Positions 1-8,609 of a stretch of DNA of 64,000 bases are shown here, piece by piece. The number at the start of each line of letters is the position of its first letter. The first letter of the stretch is position 1. The stretch is from Hellea sp. (GTDB lineage Bacteria; Pseudomonadota; Alphaproteobacteria; Caulobacterales; Maricaulaceae), in NCBI GenBank assembly GCA_029250925.1, contig JAQXEH010000018.1:1641-65640 (forward strand). Direction: 5' to 3'. The position numbers and the translations under genes are program-made. The notes below the pieces were generated by a model, which made no database searches, had not been told where the DNA came from, and saw only the letters and a list, made by a program, of their open reading frames with translations.

Positions 1-419
1 GCTGTGGTCATCCATTTTAAGCTGTTCATTTCTTTCTGATAACCATTCTTGCATAAACTTAATTTCATCACCCTGAGATGCTTTTATTCGGCCCGCTAGC
101 GCAATTATTTCTTCTTTATTTGTACGGGCCGCTACCAAATCAGACATTTCAACAGCTTGACTGTGATGTGGTATCATATTCCGCATGAAAGAAGCATCAT
201 CGAATGAATAACTATTATTTGCTACTTTTATTGCTTCCTTGGCATCTAAAGTCTGTGAAGTCTGCCCAGGTGCACCTGGCAAAATAATTTGAGGGGCTTC
301 ACTTAATTTTGCAGTATCAGACTTACCGAAATCTACTTGAGAATTCTGTATCTCTGCAACATCATTGGATTGCTGACAGGAGGCTATAAAGAAGACGGAC
401 GCGAGAAGAATTTTTTTCA
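1..419 (-). CDS. DUF305-family lipoprotein (partial; C-terminus lies beyond window start)
   Basis: Absent from the ORF track because it is truncated. Minus strand from ATG (419-417) reads MKKILLASVFFIASCQQSND... (lipobox IAS|C) ...DASFMRNMIPHHSQAVEMSDLV..., the paired-His helix typical of DUF305. Confidence 0.65.
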
Positions 420-498
420 TTTCGCTTTATTACTAAATGATTATGTATATTCAAGACATAATTAGCTTAGCAATTTAATAATTATTTGAACTTGGTAA

Positions 499-1254
499 TT
501 ATTTCTCTTGTAACCATTTGATTGAATTCCTTAAAATTTTATCAAAAATTGGGAGCTCCCAAGCACCCAACTCTTCTTTTTTGTAATAATTCGTCAGCGG
601 CTCCATATCCCAATGTCCTCTTCTATGCCCAAGGGAACAATAAAGTATTGCTCCATTTTCAATTGTTTTCTCATAAAGAACTGGGTGGGTGATGCCAGAG
701 CTCCATTTGCGTTCTGCAAATCCACGGGCCTCGCCTTGAGTAACAGCCTCCATCAAAACACGGAAGTCACCAAACATATGCATATAATAAAGCTCATCTC
801 CCCCTACTACTTCAAAGTCATCACATCCTTTAGAGACAATGTGATCATCATCAATAACACTAACTGCATAGGGTTCAATTGGCGGATGGGCTGCAAATTG
901 CGAACCAATCAGCTCAAAGTACTCTTCATGGCCAGCTGGGGTAAACCACTCTTTATTTTCATTTAAGGCTAACCAAGAATTAGTTCCGTGTAGGGCCAGC
1001 CATCGTTTTCCAGATATTAGAAAATTTCGTAAATGAGGAACTTGTTCAGGTCTAGGGACGACATTGCAGGTATATGTTATAAGATAATCTGAATTACAAA
1101 TACCTTCAATATCATCAAAGTTCTCAAAACAACGTGTTCGTAAATTCGGCACCTCAAGAAGAAAGCCTAATAATCTGTGACGAACGTAATCTAAATCATG
1201 ATAATCTCCACCAACTATCAAACTTACGCTAAGCTTTTTTTTACTCTCGGCCAT
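499..1254 (-). CDS. ThuA-like domain protein
   Basis: Track ORF is 499..1302. ATG at 1254 (MAESKKKLSVSLIVGGDYHD...) is the likelier start. The GG-x-YHD motif near the N-terminus and the ~250 aa size fit ThuA-like proteins. Assignment is by eye only. Confidence 0.5.
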   Translation of the reverse strand: MAESKKKLSVSLIVGGDYHDLDYVRHRLLGFLLEVPNLRTRCFENFDDIEGICNSDYLITYTCNVVPRPEQVPHLRNFLISGKRWLALHGTNSWLALNENKEWFTPAGHEEYFELIGSQFAAHPPIEPYAVSVIDDDHIVSKGCDDFEVVGGDELYYMHMFGDFRVLMEAVTQGEARGFAERKWSSGITHPVLYEKTIENGAILYCSLGHRRGHWDMEPLTNYYKKEELGAWELPIFDKILRNSIKWLQEK

Positions 1255-1391
1255 GGACACACTCTGGTTTATTATAAAAAGACTTAAATACCTCAAATTC
1301 AAATTTATAAAAAAATCTGAAACTAATTCAACATTTGTTTACTGCTTGATTGCGATAGTAAGTACAAACCAATTAGAAGCTATATATAAAT

Positions 1392-2576
1392 CTATAAGTT
1401 TTCAGGACTCTCTAAAGCCTCACGAAAAGCCTGAAGCCATTTAGCTCCTAAAACTCCGTCAATAGCCCTATGATCACATGATAATGTCACGTTCATTAAT
1501 TTAGTACACTCTCCATTGGGAAGTACAGTTTCTTCTAATGATCCAACAGCTAATATAGCGGCCATAGGCGGATTAACAACGGCATCAAAACTTGATATTC
1601 CCATCATGCCTAAATTTGATAAACTGAAAGTACCGCCTTGATAGTCAGATGGCTGCAATGTTTCATTTTTAGCTTTATGGCCTAATTCTTTCATTTCACT
1701 TGATATTTCTGATATTGTCTTGTCATCTGCTGAACGAATTATAGGGGTAATTAAGCCTCTATCAGTGGCCACAGCCACACTTATATCTGCATGCTTAAAG
1801 CGATGAATGGTTTCACCCATAAAATTAACATTGACATCTGGCTCAGCCTTCAATGCTATAGCGCATGCTTTCAATACATAATCATTTATTGAACCTTGTT
1901 TATTTGTCTCGCGGCTTTTAATCAAATTATCCATATTAATTTTACATCGTAAATAAAAGTGAGGTATATCTCTGTTTGCCTCTGTTAGTCGTTTTGCAAT
2001 AGTCTTTCGCATTGATGTAAGTTTTATGACTTCGTGGGGGTTATTTTCATCACTGTTATCAATAGAATACAGGCCTTGCGCTTTTGCTGCTTGCTCTACA
2101 TCTTGCAAAGAAACTCGACCTTTTCGGCCGCTGCCTTCAACTGAAGTTAAATCAACTCCTAAGTTTTCAGCAAGTTCTTTTGCCATAGGTGAAATAGAAA
2201 GGTTAAGAGGAACTTTGGTATTCTCTGTGGAAGTATTTATAGACCCTTCACTCTCTTTGGAATTTGCAAAGCTAGCATCTACAGCTTCAAAGCTATTTCG
2301 AAAAACCTCAACCTCTTCATCAGTGACAGACTCTTCTGCAAAAATAGAAATAAGAGCACCAACTGGATAGGCATCACCTTCACCGTCTATCCTCCACCTG
2401 AGAGTGGATGAAAACTCAAGCTCAACATCATTAGCAATTTTATCAGTCTCAATAACTACAAAAATATCACCTTCATTTACTTTATCACCAACTTTAGCAT
2501 GCCATTCACGAATAACACCCTCTTCCATTTCAATACCCCACTTTGGCATTGTAAAAGCTCTAATATTTTTAGTCAT
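1392..2576 (-). CDS. acoC: Dihydrolipoamide acyltransferase (E2) of an acetoin/2-oxoacid dehydrogenase complex
   Basis: N-terminal lipoyl domain with ETDKIAN lipoyl-lysine motif, a peripheral subunit-binding segment (SPMAKELAENLGVDL), and a C-terminal catalytic DHRAIDG motif. Lies directly downstream of the E1 alpha/beta genes. Confidence 0.85.
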   Translation of the reverse strand: MTKNIRAFTMPKWGIEMEEGVIREWHAKVGDKVNEGDIFVVIETDKIANDVELEFSSTLRWRIDGEGDAYPVGALISIFAEESVTDEEVEVFRNSFEAVDASFANSKESEGSINTSTENTKVPLNLSISPMAKELAENLGVDLTSVEGSGRKGRVSLQDVEQAAKAQGLYSIDNSDENNPHEVIKLTSMRKTIAKRLTEANRDIPHFYLRCKINMDNLIKSRETNKQGSINDYVLKACAIALKAEPDVNVNFMGETIHRFKHADISVAVATDRGLITPIIRSADDKTISEISSEMKELGHKAKNETLQPSDYQGGTFSLSNLGMMGISSFDAVVNPPMAAILAVGSLEETVLPNGECTKLMNVTLSCDHRAIDGVLGAKWLQAFREALESPENL

Positions 2577-2584
2577 AATTCAGC

Positions 2585-3598
2585 CTATTTATAATTCATT
2601 ACTCTTCTAACTGCAGTAGAGATATTCTCGGGACTTGGAACATACGCACGCTCTAACTCACGCGCAAAAGGTACAGGGGCATGAGGTGAAGTTACTTGTT
2701 GAACAGGGGCTTTTAATGACGAAAACCCATGGCTCACTATAAATCCTGCTATATCTGATGCAAGGGAACATCTGGGTGTCGACTCATCAACTATTACAAC
2801 ACGACCTGTTTTTTCAACACTATCAAGAATAGCATTTTCGTCTAAAGGACTTGTAGTTCTTAAATCTATTAAGTCGCAATTAATTCCTTCTGCCTTTAAT
2901 TTTTTAATACTTTCCTTTGCAAATAGTACCATTCTGCCCATAGCAATGATAGAAACATCATCACCTTCATTAAGAACTGCTGCTTGACCGAAGGGTATTA
3001 TGTATTCACCATCAGGCACTTCACCTTTACTTCCATACATAGCTTTGTGTTCGAAAAATACAACAGGGTCGTCATCGCGAATAGCTGCGGTTAGTAAACC
3101 CTTTGCATCAGCGGGACTCGTTGGCATTACGCACTTCAAACCTGGTACAGATGTAACTATATTGTACATAGTCTGTGAATGTTGCGCACCCATATTCATA
3201 CCTGCGCCGTATGGAACTCTTATAACTACAGGGCACTTAGCTTTTCCCCCAGACATATAACGGAATTTAGCTGCTTGATTCATCATTTGGTCCAATGCCA
3301 GAGTTACAAAGTCCGCAAACATTATTTCAGCTACGCCCCTTTTTCCAGCTAATGAAGCCCCCACAGCCATACCAACTATAGTATTTTCTGATATTGGAGT
3401 ATCAATAACTCTATCTTCACCAAACCTAGGCAATAATCCAGCAGTTACACCGAAAATACCTCCACTAGCCTCTCTTTCTCCTGAGGTTCCACCTGCCCCC
3501 CCGGATATATCTTCGCCGCAAACGAAGACATTAGAATCACGCTCCATTTCAGAATGCATAACTTCATTTAAAGCTTCTCTGTAAGTCTTTATAGCCAT
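2585..3598 (-). CDS. acoB: TPP-dependent E1 component, beta subunit (acetoin dehydrogenase type)
   Basis: 337 aa. Has transketolase-like Pyr and C-terminal domains (EDISGGAGG...VIDTPISE...FRYMSGG...HSQ). 9-nt spacer to E1 alpha and 8-nt spacer to E2. Confidence 0.85.
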   Translation of the reverse strand: MAIKTYREALNEVMHSEMERDSNVFVCGEDISGGAGGTSGEREASGGIFGVTAGLLPRFGEDRVIDTPISENTIVGMAVGASLAGKRGVAEIMFADFVTLALDQMMNQAAKFRYMSGGKAKCPVVIRVPYGAGMNMGAQHSQTMYNIVTSVPGLKCVMPTSPADAKGLLTAAIRDDDPVVFFEHKAMYGSKGEVPDGEYIIPFGQAAVLNEGDDVSIIAMGRMVLFAKESIKKLKAEGINCDLIDLRTTSPLDENAILDSVEKTGRVVIVDESTPRCSLASDIAGFIVSHGFSSLKAPVQQVTSPHAPVPFARELERAYVPSPENISTAVRRVMNYK

Positions 3599-3607
3599 CC
3601 TGAACTC

Positions 3608-4585
3608 CTATTCGTAAGAGATGTAAACATCAGCTTCCATTTCTTCCATTGGTGTTGGGGGCGCATTGCGTGCCTCTGTTACTGCCTCATCAATTAGGCC
3701 CATAACACTCGCATCGATTTCATCTAACTCTGATTGTGTAACAATTCCGCTGGGTAAATTATCTTTACAGAATTTTTTTAAACAGTCTCTGGTAGATCGA
3801 TGATCTTTAACTTCATTTTTTTCCCTGTAATTTTGAGGATCTCCTTCATAATGACCGAAAAAACGTGTTGTATTAAATACTGCAGCACTAGGTCCATTCC
3901 CTGACCGAGAGTAATCTAATAACTCTGCCATAGCATCGTAAACTGCGTGATAATCGCACCCGTCAGCCTCGATAGTCTTTAATCCAAAACCTTCAGTTCG
4001 TTTTGCAATATCAACACCGCCAACGGAATAACTAGCACCTGTATGCTCAGAGTATCCATTTATTTCAATTATAAAAATTGCAGGTGCGTTAATAACTTTT
4101 GCCATATTCATTGCCTCAAAGACTGCTCCTTGGTTAATTGAGCCCTCCCCAGAAAAGCATATTCCAACCTTGCCCTTGCCATCAAGCTTAGCAGAAAGCG
4201 CAGCTCCAACAGCCAAAGGACCGCCAGCGCCCACAATACCATTTGCACCCAACATGCCTTTATCAAAATCAGCAATGTGCATTGATCCGCCCTTACCCTT
4301 TCCTAAACCGGTTGAACGGCCATAAATTTCAGCCATCATTCCTTTCACATTACAACCTTTAGCAATACAATGACCATGTCCGCGGTGAGTAGAAACTATC
4401 AAGTCTTCAGTGTCTAGATGCTGACAAACCCCGACAGCTACTGCCTCTTGACCGGAGTATAAATGAGTGAATCCAGCTATTTCCCCCGTCATTATCTCTT
4501 TATGTAGGCGCTCCTCAAATTCACGTATAGTCTTCATCTGACGATAAGCACCCAACAACTGGTCTCTGCTTTGTTGCAAGCTCAT
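3608..4585 (-). CDS. acoA: TPP-dependent E1 component, alpha subunit (acetoin:acceptor oxidoreductase type)
   Basis: GFTHLYSGQEAVAVG, STHRGHGHCIAKG, GKGGSMHIAD and GMLGANGIVG strings match the AcoA-type E1 alpha signature rather than the PdhA/BkdA type. Confidence 0.85.
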   Translation of the reverse strand: MSLQQSRDQLLGAYRQMKTIREFEERLHKEIMTGEIAGFTHLYSGQEAVAVGVCQHLDTEDLIVSTHRGHGHCIAKGCNVKGMMAEIYGRSTGLGKGKGGSMHIADFDKGMLGANGIVGAGGPLAVGAALSAKLDGKGKVGICFSGEGSINQGAVFEAMNMAKVINAPAIFIIEINGYSEHTGASYSVGGVDIAKRTEGFGLKTIEADGCDYHAVYDAMAELLDYSRSGNGPSAAVFNTTRFFGHYEGDPQNYREKNEVKDHRSTRDCLKKFCKDNLPSGIVTQSELDEIDASVMGLIDEAVTEARNAPPTPMEEMEADVYISYE

Positions 4586-4717
4586 AAATATCCTTGTACT
4601 TAAAATTTTGTTTTACAGTTTAATTTTATTAGATGTACCTATGTTTCAAGATAGTCTTTTAATACTTTATAGAGATGATTTTTCTAAACTCTTAATAATT
4701 TAGCGATAAACTAGTAA

Positions 4718-4731
4718 AACTGTTAACAGTT
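4718..4731. promoter_or_regulatory. Perfect 14-bp palindrome AACTGTTAACAGTT in the promoter region of the acoABC-like operon (candidate operator)
   Basis: Read directly from the sequence. It is its own reverse complement, lies 133 nt upstream of the acoA-like start (4585), and sits in a 265-bp AT-rich intergenic region. Confidence 0.3.
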
Positions 4732-4850
4732 GCTATTTTTGTACTCAAATGGTTTTATTAGAAACTTGATTGAAAATAATTATCAATGCTTTTCATCTAA
4801 TTTAATTATATAATTTTTAATGAAAGATTTAATACTTTTAACCTTAATTA

Positions 4851-5615
4851 TTAAAATTGAACTCTCTTGGTATAACCACCATCAACAACCAAATTAACTC
4901 CCGTTATCCAACTGGACACGGAGCTTGATAAAAATACAACAGCATTGGCAACCTCCTCAGGGGTACCCAGTCTTCCAAGTGCATGAGTTTTTTCTGTTTG
5001 CTCATAAAATATTTCATTTGAAGTTTTAATTTTATCCCAAGCCCCACCATCGAAATAGATGGGTCCTGGAGAAACGCTATTAATTCGTATCCCTTTGTCA
5101 CCATGAGCTTGTGATAATTGCTTTGCATAGGTAATTAATGCAGCTTTCATTGCATTATAGGACTGCGGGGCTACAAATGTTTCAATTGCTGCTGTTGTAC
5201 TTATCATAACAATTGACCCACCCTGACCCTGTTCCATAAGAGGTACAACAGCTTCGACACCACGCACAGTACCAAGAATATCGATTTCAAAATTTTCCCA
5301 CCAGTTCTTTTCACTACCCGTACCGCCACCTGCTGATACGTTTGGGATAAAAATATCCACACCTCCTAGTTCATTAGCCATATCATTTATCCAGGAAACA
5401 TAGTCTTCTTTATTTTTTATATCACATGAAGAACCAATAATTTTTCCATCCCCAATGAGACTTATTTCGCTTACAGCTTTATTGACGCTCTCGGGTGATC
5501 GAGAACAAATTGCTACATTAGCCCCCTCTTTAGCAAACAAGTTTGCAATTCGGCGGCCTATTCCTTGAGTCGACCCGGTAATTAAAACATTTTTTTTTCT
5601 TAAATTTAAATCCAT
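4851..5615 (-). CDS. Short-chain dehydrogenase/reductase (SDR)
   Basis: TGSTQGIG cofactor motif and YNAMK catalytic Y-x3-K. C-terminus ...VVDGGYTKRVQF is shared with the paralog at 39062-39820. Confidence 0.9.
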   Translation of the reverse strand: MDLNLRKKNVLITGSTQGIGRRIANLFAKEGANVAICSRSPESVNKAVSEISLIGDGKIIGSSCDIKNKEDYVSWINDMANELGGVDIFIPNVSAGGGTGSEKNWWENFEIDILGTVRGVEAVVPLMEQGQGGSIVMISTTAAIETFVAPQSYNAMKAALITYAKQLSQAHGDKGIRINSVSPGPIYFDGGAWDKIKTSNEIFYEQTEKTHALGRLGTPEEVANAVVFLSSSVSSWITGVNLVVDGGYTKRVQF

Positions 5616-5624
5616 TGAAATTCC

Positions 5625-6389
5625 TTAATATGCTGGACTAACTACAAGCCCATTATCAATCAGAAATTCAGCACCTGTAACAAATCGTGATTCATCAGAA
5701 GCCAAATATAAAATCATACTAGCTACATCTTTTGGTGTTCCAAGTGATCCCGCTGATAATACTCCTTGAGCCGGAACATCAATAGGTGCTTCACCAACTC
5801 TTCCTTGTGCAAACTGAACCATTGGTGTTTCAATGCCGCCAGCATGAACAGAATTACAACGTACAGGTAAAGACTCGGCTTTGCAGTAGATAGCCATAGA
5901 TTTTGTCATGGATCTCACAGCTCCTTTTGCAGCTGAATATGCGATCATAGGGTATCCCAAATGAGACGCAGTTGATGACATATTAACAATAGAACCACCG
6001 CTATTTTTTTGCAGCAGAGGCATAGAATATTTCATACCAAGAAATACACCTTCAGACATAATACTGTTAGAGATACGAAATTCTTTTAAAGTACAATTAA
6101 CAGGGTCTGACATAAAAACAATACCAGCATTATTTATCAAAATATCAAGGTTGCCATGTAACTCATCAATTTTATTTATAACGTCTATCCAATCTTGCTC
6201 AGAACTAACATCATGTTTGATGAATGTAGCAGATGGTCCTATCTCTGATACTGCTAATTTACCTTTTGCTACATCTACATCAGTAAGAATAACTTTCGCA
6301 CCCTCTTCGACTAAAATTTTTGCATCTGCAAAACCAAGACCCGATGCCCCTCCCGTGACTAAAGCAATTTTACCGGCTACTCTTCCCAT
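5625..6389 (-). CDS. Short-chain dehydrogenase/reductase (SDR)
   Basis: TGGASGLG, NNAG and YSAAK motifs. 9-nt spacer to the downstream SDR. Confidence 0.9.
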   Translation of the reverse strand: MGRVAGKIALVTGGASGLGFADAKILVEEGAKVILTDVDVAKGKLAVSEIGPSATFIKHDVSSEQDWIDVINKIDELHGNLDILINNAGIVFMSDPVNCTLKEFRISNSIMSEGVFLGMKYSMPLLQKNSGGSIVNMSSTASHLGYPMIAYSAAKGAVRSMTKSMAIYCKAESLPVRCNSVHAGGIETPMVQFAQGRVGEAPIDVPAQGVLSAGSLGTPKDVASMILYLASDESRFVTGAEFLIDNGLVVSPAY

Positions 6390-6697
6390 GAAATACCTCC
6401 AATGTTAACGAATTAGATATTCAACTCTACATATTAGTTTTTTATAACTAAATTACCACTTTTCATATATTTATAAAAATTAAATCACACTACTATTTTT
6501 AGGGCCTAATCAATGAGAAGCAAGACCTTAACAGAAAAAGCCACGAGAAGTTTTAACTAAGGTATAAAATTCATAGTAGTTGACCATCTCATTAATAACT
6601 CGCATGTATTTAAAAACTCTGTCTGACAGGAAAGATATTATAAATTAGCCATTTTTATACAGAGTTTGATCAATAAACAAATTAGGAAATACAAAAG

Positions 6698-7660
6698 ATG
6701 TCATCAAAAAGCCTTCACTTAGTTGCCAATGATCTAAAACCATTAGTCACCTCGATACAAGAGATGGATTTAAAGCTCGAAAACCAACTAACCTTAAACG
6801 CATACAGAGATGTAGTGAAAAGCCTTTCAATGCTTCAGAAACTAGTGCCAAATAATGTTACGCGAAACGAAATAAAAATTTTACTTAGAGATGGAAGCCA
6901 GTCAAAAGCAATTTTATATAAAAATAATGAACCTAATAATACTAACACATCAGCTGGTTTAGTGCATATCCATGGCGGTGGTCTTGTAATGGGATTGCCC
7001 GAGAGTAATGATTCAAGACATCTAAATTTGTGTTCAAAATTAGGAATAACAATTCTCGCGATAAGTTACAGGAAAGCACCCGAACACCCTTACCCTACCC
7101 CTTTAAATGATTGCGAGGATGGCTTCGACTGGTTTTATGAAAATGCAGAAAGTCTTAAAGTTAACATCAACAGAATAGCCTTAAGCGGTGACAGTGCTGG
7201 AGGATGCCTCGCAGCCGCACTCTCGCAATTAAAGTTAAATGATAAAACAAATAAAATAGCACACTTACTTCTGTTGTACCCAATGCTTGATGCCAGCACG
7301 GGATCTAAAGCAAATGAAAAAGATCCACTATTAGGTGAGTTCATTTGGACTGCAGAGATGAACCAGTTTAGTTGGTCAGCATATTTAAATGATCAACCTC
7401 GTACATCACCAGCTGTACCTGCAGCATTAAAATCTCACACAGGACTGCCATCTTGCTGGATAGGGGTAGGCGCCTTGGATTTATTTTTGGATGAGAATAT
7501 TGAGTATGCACGAAAATTGATAAAGGCTGGTGTAAAAACAGAATTTGATATTTATCCAGCAGCAATTCATGGTTTTCCCATGATTGAAGAAGCTGAGTCT
7601 ACCCTCGCTTTTATAAATGACTTTACGAATAGCTTAATCAAAGCTTTGAAGTTAACTTAA
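6698..7660 (+). CDS. Alpha/beta hydrolase, hormone-sensitive-lipase (family IV) type esterase
   Basis: HGGG oxyanion motif (VHIHGGGLVMG), GDSAGG nucleophile elbow, and downstream Asp/His (LDLFLDE...IHGF). Confidence 0.85.
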   Translation: MSSKSLHLVANDLKPLVTSIQEMDLKLENQLTLNAYRDVVKSLSMLQKLVPNNVTRNEIKILLRDGSQSKAILYKNNEPNNTNTSAGLVHIHGGGLVMGLPESNDSRHLNLCSKLGITILAISYRKAPEHPYPTPLNDCEDGFDWFYENAESLKVNINRIALSGDSAGGCLAAALSQLKLNDKTNKIAHLLLLYPMLDASTGSKANEKDPLLGEFIWTAEMNQFSWSAYLNDQPRTSPAVPAALKSHTGLPSCWIGVGALDLFLDENIEYARKLIKAGVKTEFDIYPAAIHGFPMIEEAESTLAFINDFTNSLIKALKLT

Positions 7661-7681
7661 TTAGAAATTATATCTTTTAAT

Positions 7682-8545
7682 TTAAAGATAAGGTTTTAAA
7701 ATACCCTCTAGGGCATCCGTGATAGCTAACATATATTCATATTTTGGGTGGTAAGGCAGCGTAGTCATACTCCATTCAGCACTCTTATAATCTCTTATCC
7801 ACGGCTCTTCAGAACAAACATTATGATCCCTCGTAATTTCCGAAGCTTTAATTAATAGAGTCCTGTTTCTATTGGACACACGTTCTAGCATATCTTCTAT
7901 CTGAACTTTAATATAATTTGATTCAATTGCATATTTCGTATCCATCGGCGTAAGAGCACACAAAGGTGTTGATGGCAAAACAGTAGCATAGTCTATTAGC
8001 ACGATTACTGATTTTGGAGCTTTTTCTTTAATTATATTAATAATTAAGTTTAAGTGGTATTCTGTATTTTCATAATCAGCTATAGAAGGAAACTCTGGCA
8101 TTTCTAGGCATGGTATTGTCTCGTGGACTTTACCTTGTTTCACCAAGCTCTCGCAAGAAGCAGTCATTAACCTAGCTAAATAACCTAAATCATTTCCTCC
8201 AGCTAAAAGTGTAACTAATCCAACGTCTGATTGTATATTTTCTATTTGAGAATATATGCTTATTGGGCTTACTCTATCCGATAATTCAGCTCCGATACAA
8301 CTCGCATCAATAAGGTGCAGATTAAGTCTCTTGGATAATTTTCGTGCATAATTTTGATCTGATTGCCAACAATTATCTGGAGAATTATCTGCTACATCCT
8401 TAACACCAGGGCCAGCTGCAAAAGAGCTTCCTAAAGATACATACTTAACTCTTTTACTTTCTTTTGCATCATTATCTGAAATATTTAAACGGCATGCAGA
8501 TAAAATAAATAATATAGAAATTAGAGATAATAAGTATTTATGCAT
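7682..8545 (-). CDS. SGNH/GDSL-type hydrolase lipoprotein
   Basis: Signal peptide with lipobox (ILS|AC), block I YVSLGSSFAAGPG, block III LAGGNDLG. Confidence 0.7.
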   Translation of the reverse strand: MHKYLLSLISILFILSACRLNISDNDAKESKRVKYVSLGSSFAAGPGVKDVADNSPDNCWQSDQNYARKLSKRLNLHLIDASCIGAELSDRVSPISIYSQIENIQSDVGLVTLLAGGNDLGYLARLMTASCESLVKQGKVHETIPCLEMPEFPSIADYENTEYHLNLIINIIKEKAPKSVIVLIDYATVLPSTPLCALTPMDTKYAIESNYIKVQIEDMLERVSNRNRTLLIKASEITRDHNVCSEEPWIRDYKSAEWSMTTLPYHPKYEYMLAITDALEGILKPYL

Positions 8546-8557
8546 TGCATTTTTTCA

Positions 8558-8590
8558 TAAAAAAAGCGCCCAAGTGTTACCTGGGCGCTT
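8558..8590 (-). terminator. Rho-independent terminator downstream of the TonB-dependent receptor gene
   Basis: Minus-strand transcript reads AGCGCCCA-ggtaacact-TGGGCGCT followed by TTTTTTT. An 8-bp GC-rich stem (8565-8572 / 8582-8589) is followed by a T-run. Confidence 0.8.
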
Positions 8591-8609
8591 AATAATTATT
8601 TAAAGGTCC

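Noticed and set aside
613-966. Antisense or out-of-frame ORFs listed in the track inside larger genes. Examples: 613-966, 2026-2370, 3000-3260, 8971-9207, 12969-13457, 13638-13958, 23034-23399, 30037-30363, 56846-57184, 61864-62340 and many 60-90-aa entries.
   Set aside because: Each lies wholly within a longer ORF on the other strand or frame that has clear family motifs. Their translations are low-complexity (Ser/Pro/Leu/Ile-rich) with no recognisable motifs. They are typical shadow ORFs.
4766-4786. Fur-box-like AT-rich dyad TTGATTGAAAATAATTATCAA.
   Set aside because: The resemblance is weak, and such AT-rich near-dyads are expected by chance in ~25% GC intergenic DNA.
4586-4850. Sigma-54 (-24 GG / -12 GC) promoter expected for AcoR-type aco operons.
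   Set aside because: No TGGCAC-N5-TTGC-like element appears on the coding (minus) strand, and no AcoR/EBP gene is in the window.
6513-6560. 15-codon ORF (MRSKTLTEKATRSFN) in the SDR/esterase intergenic region.
   Set aside because: There is no RBS, no conservation evidence and no recognisable leader-peptide logic.
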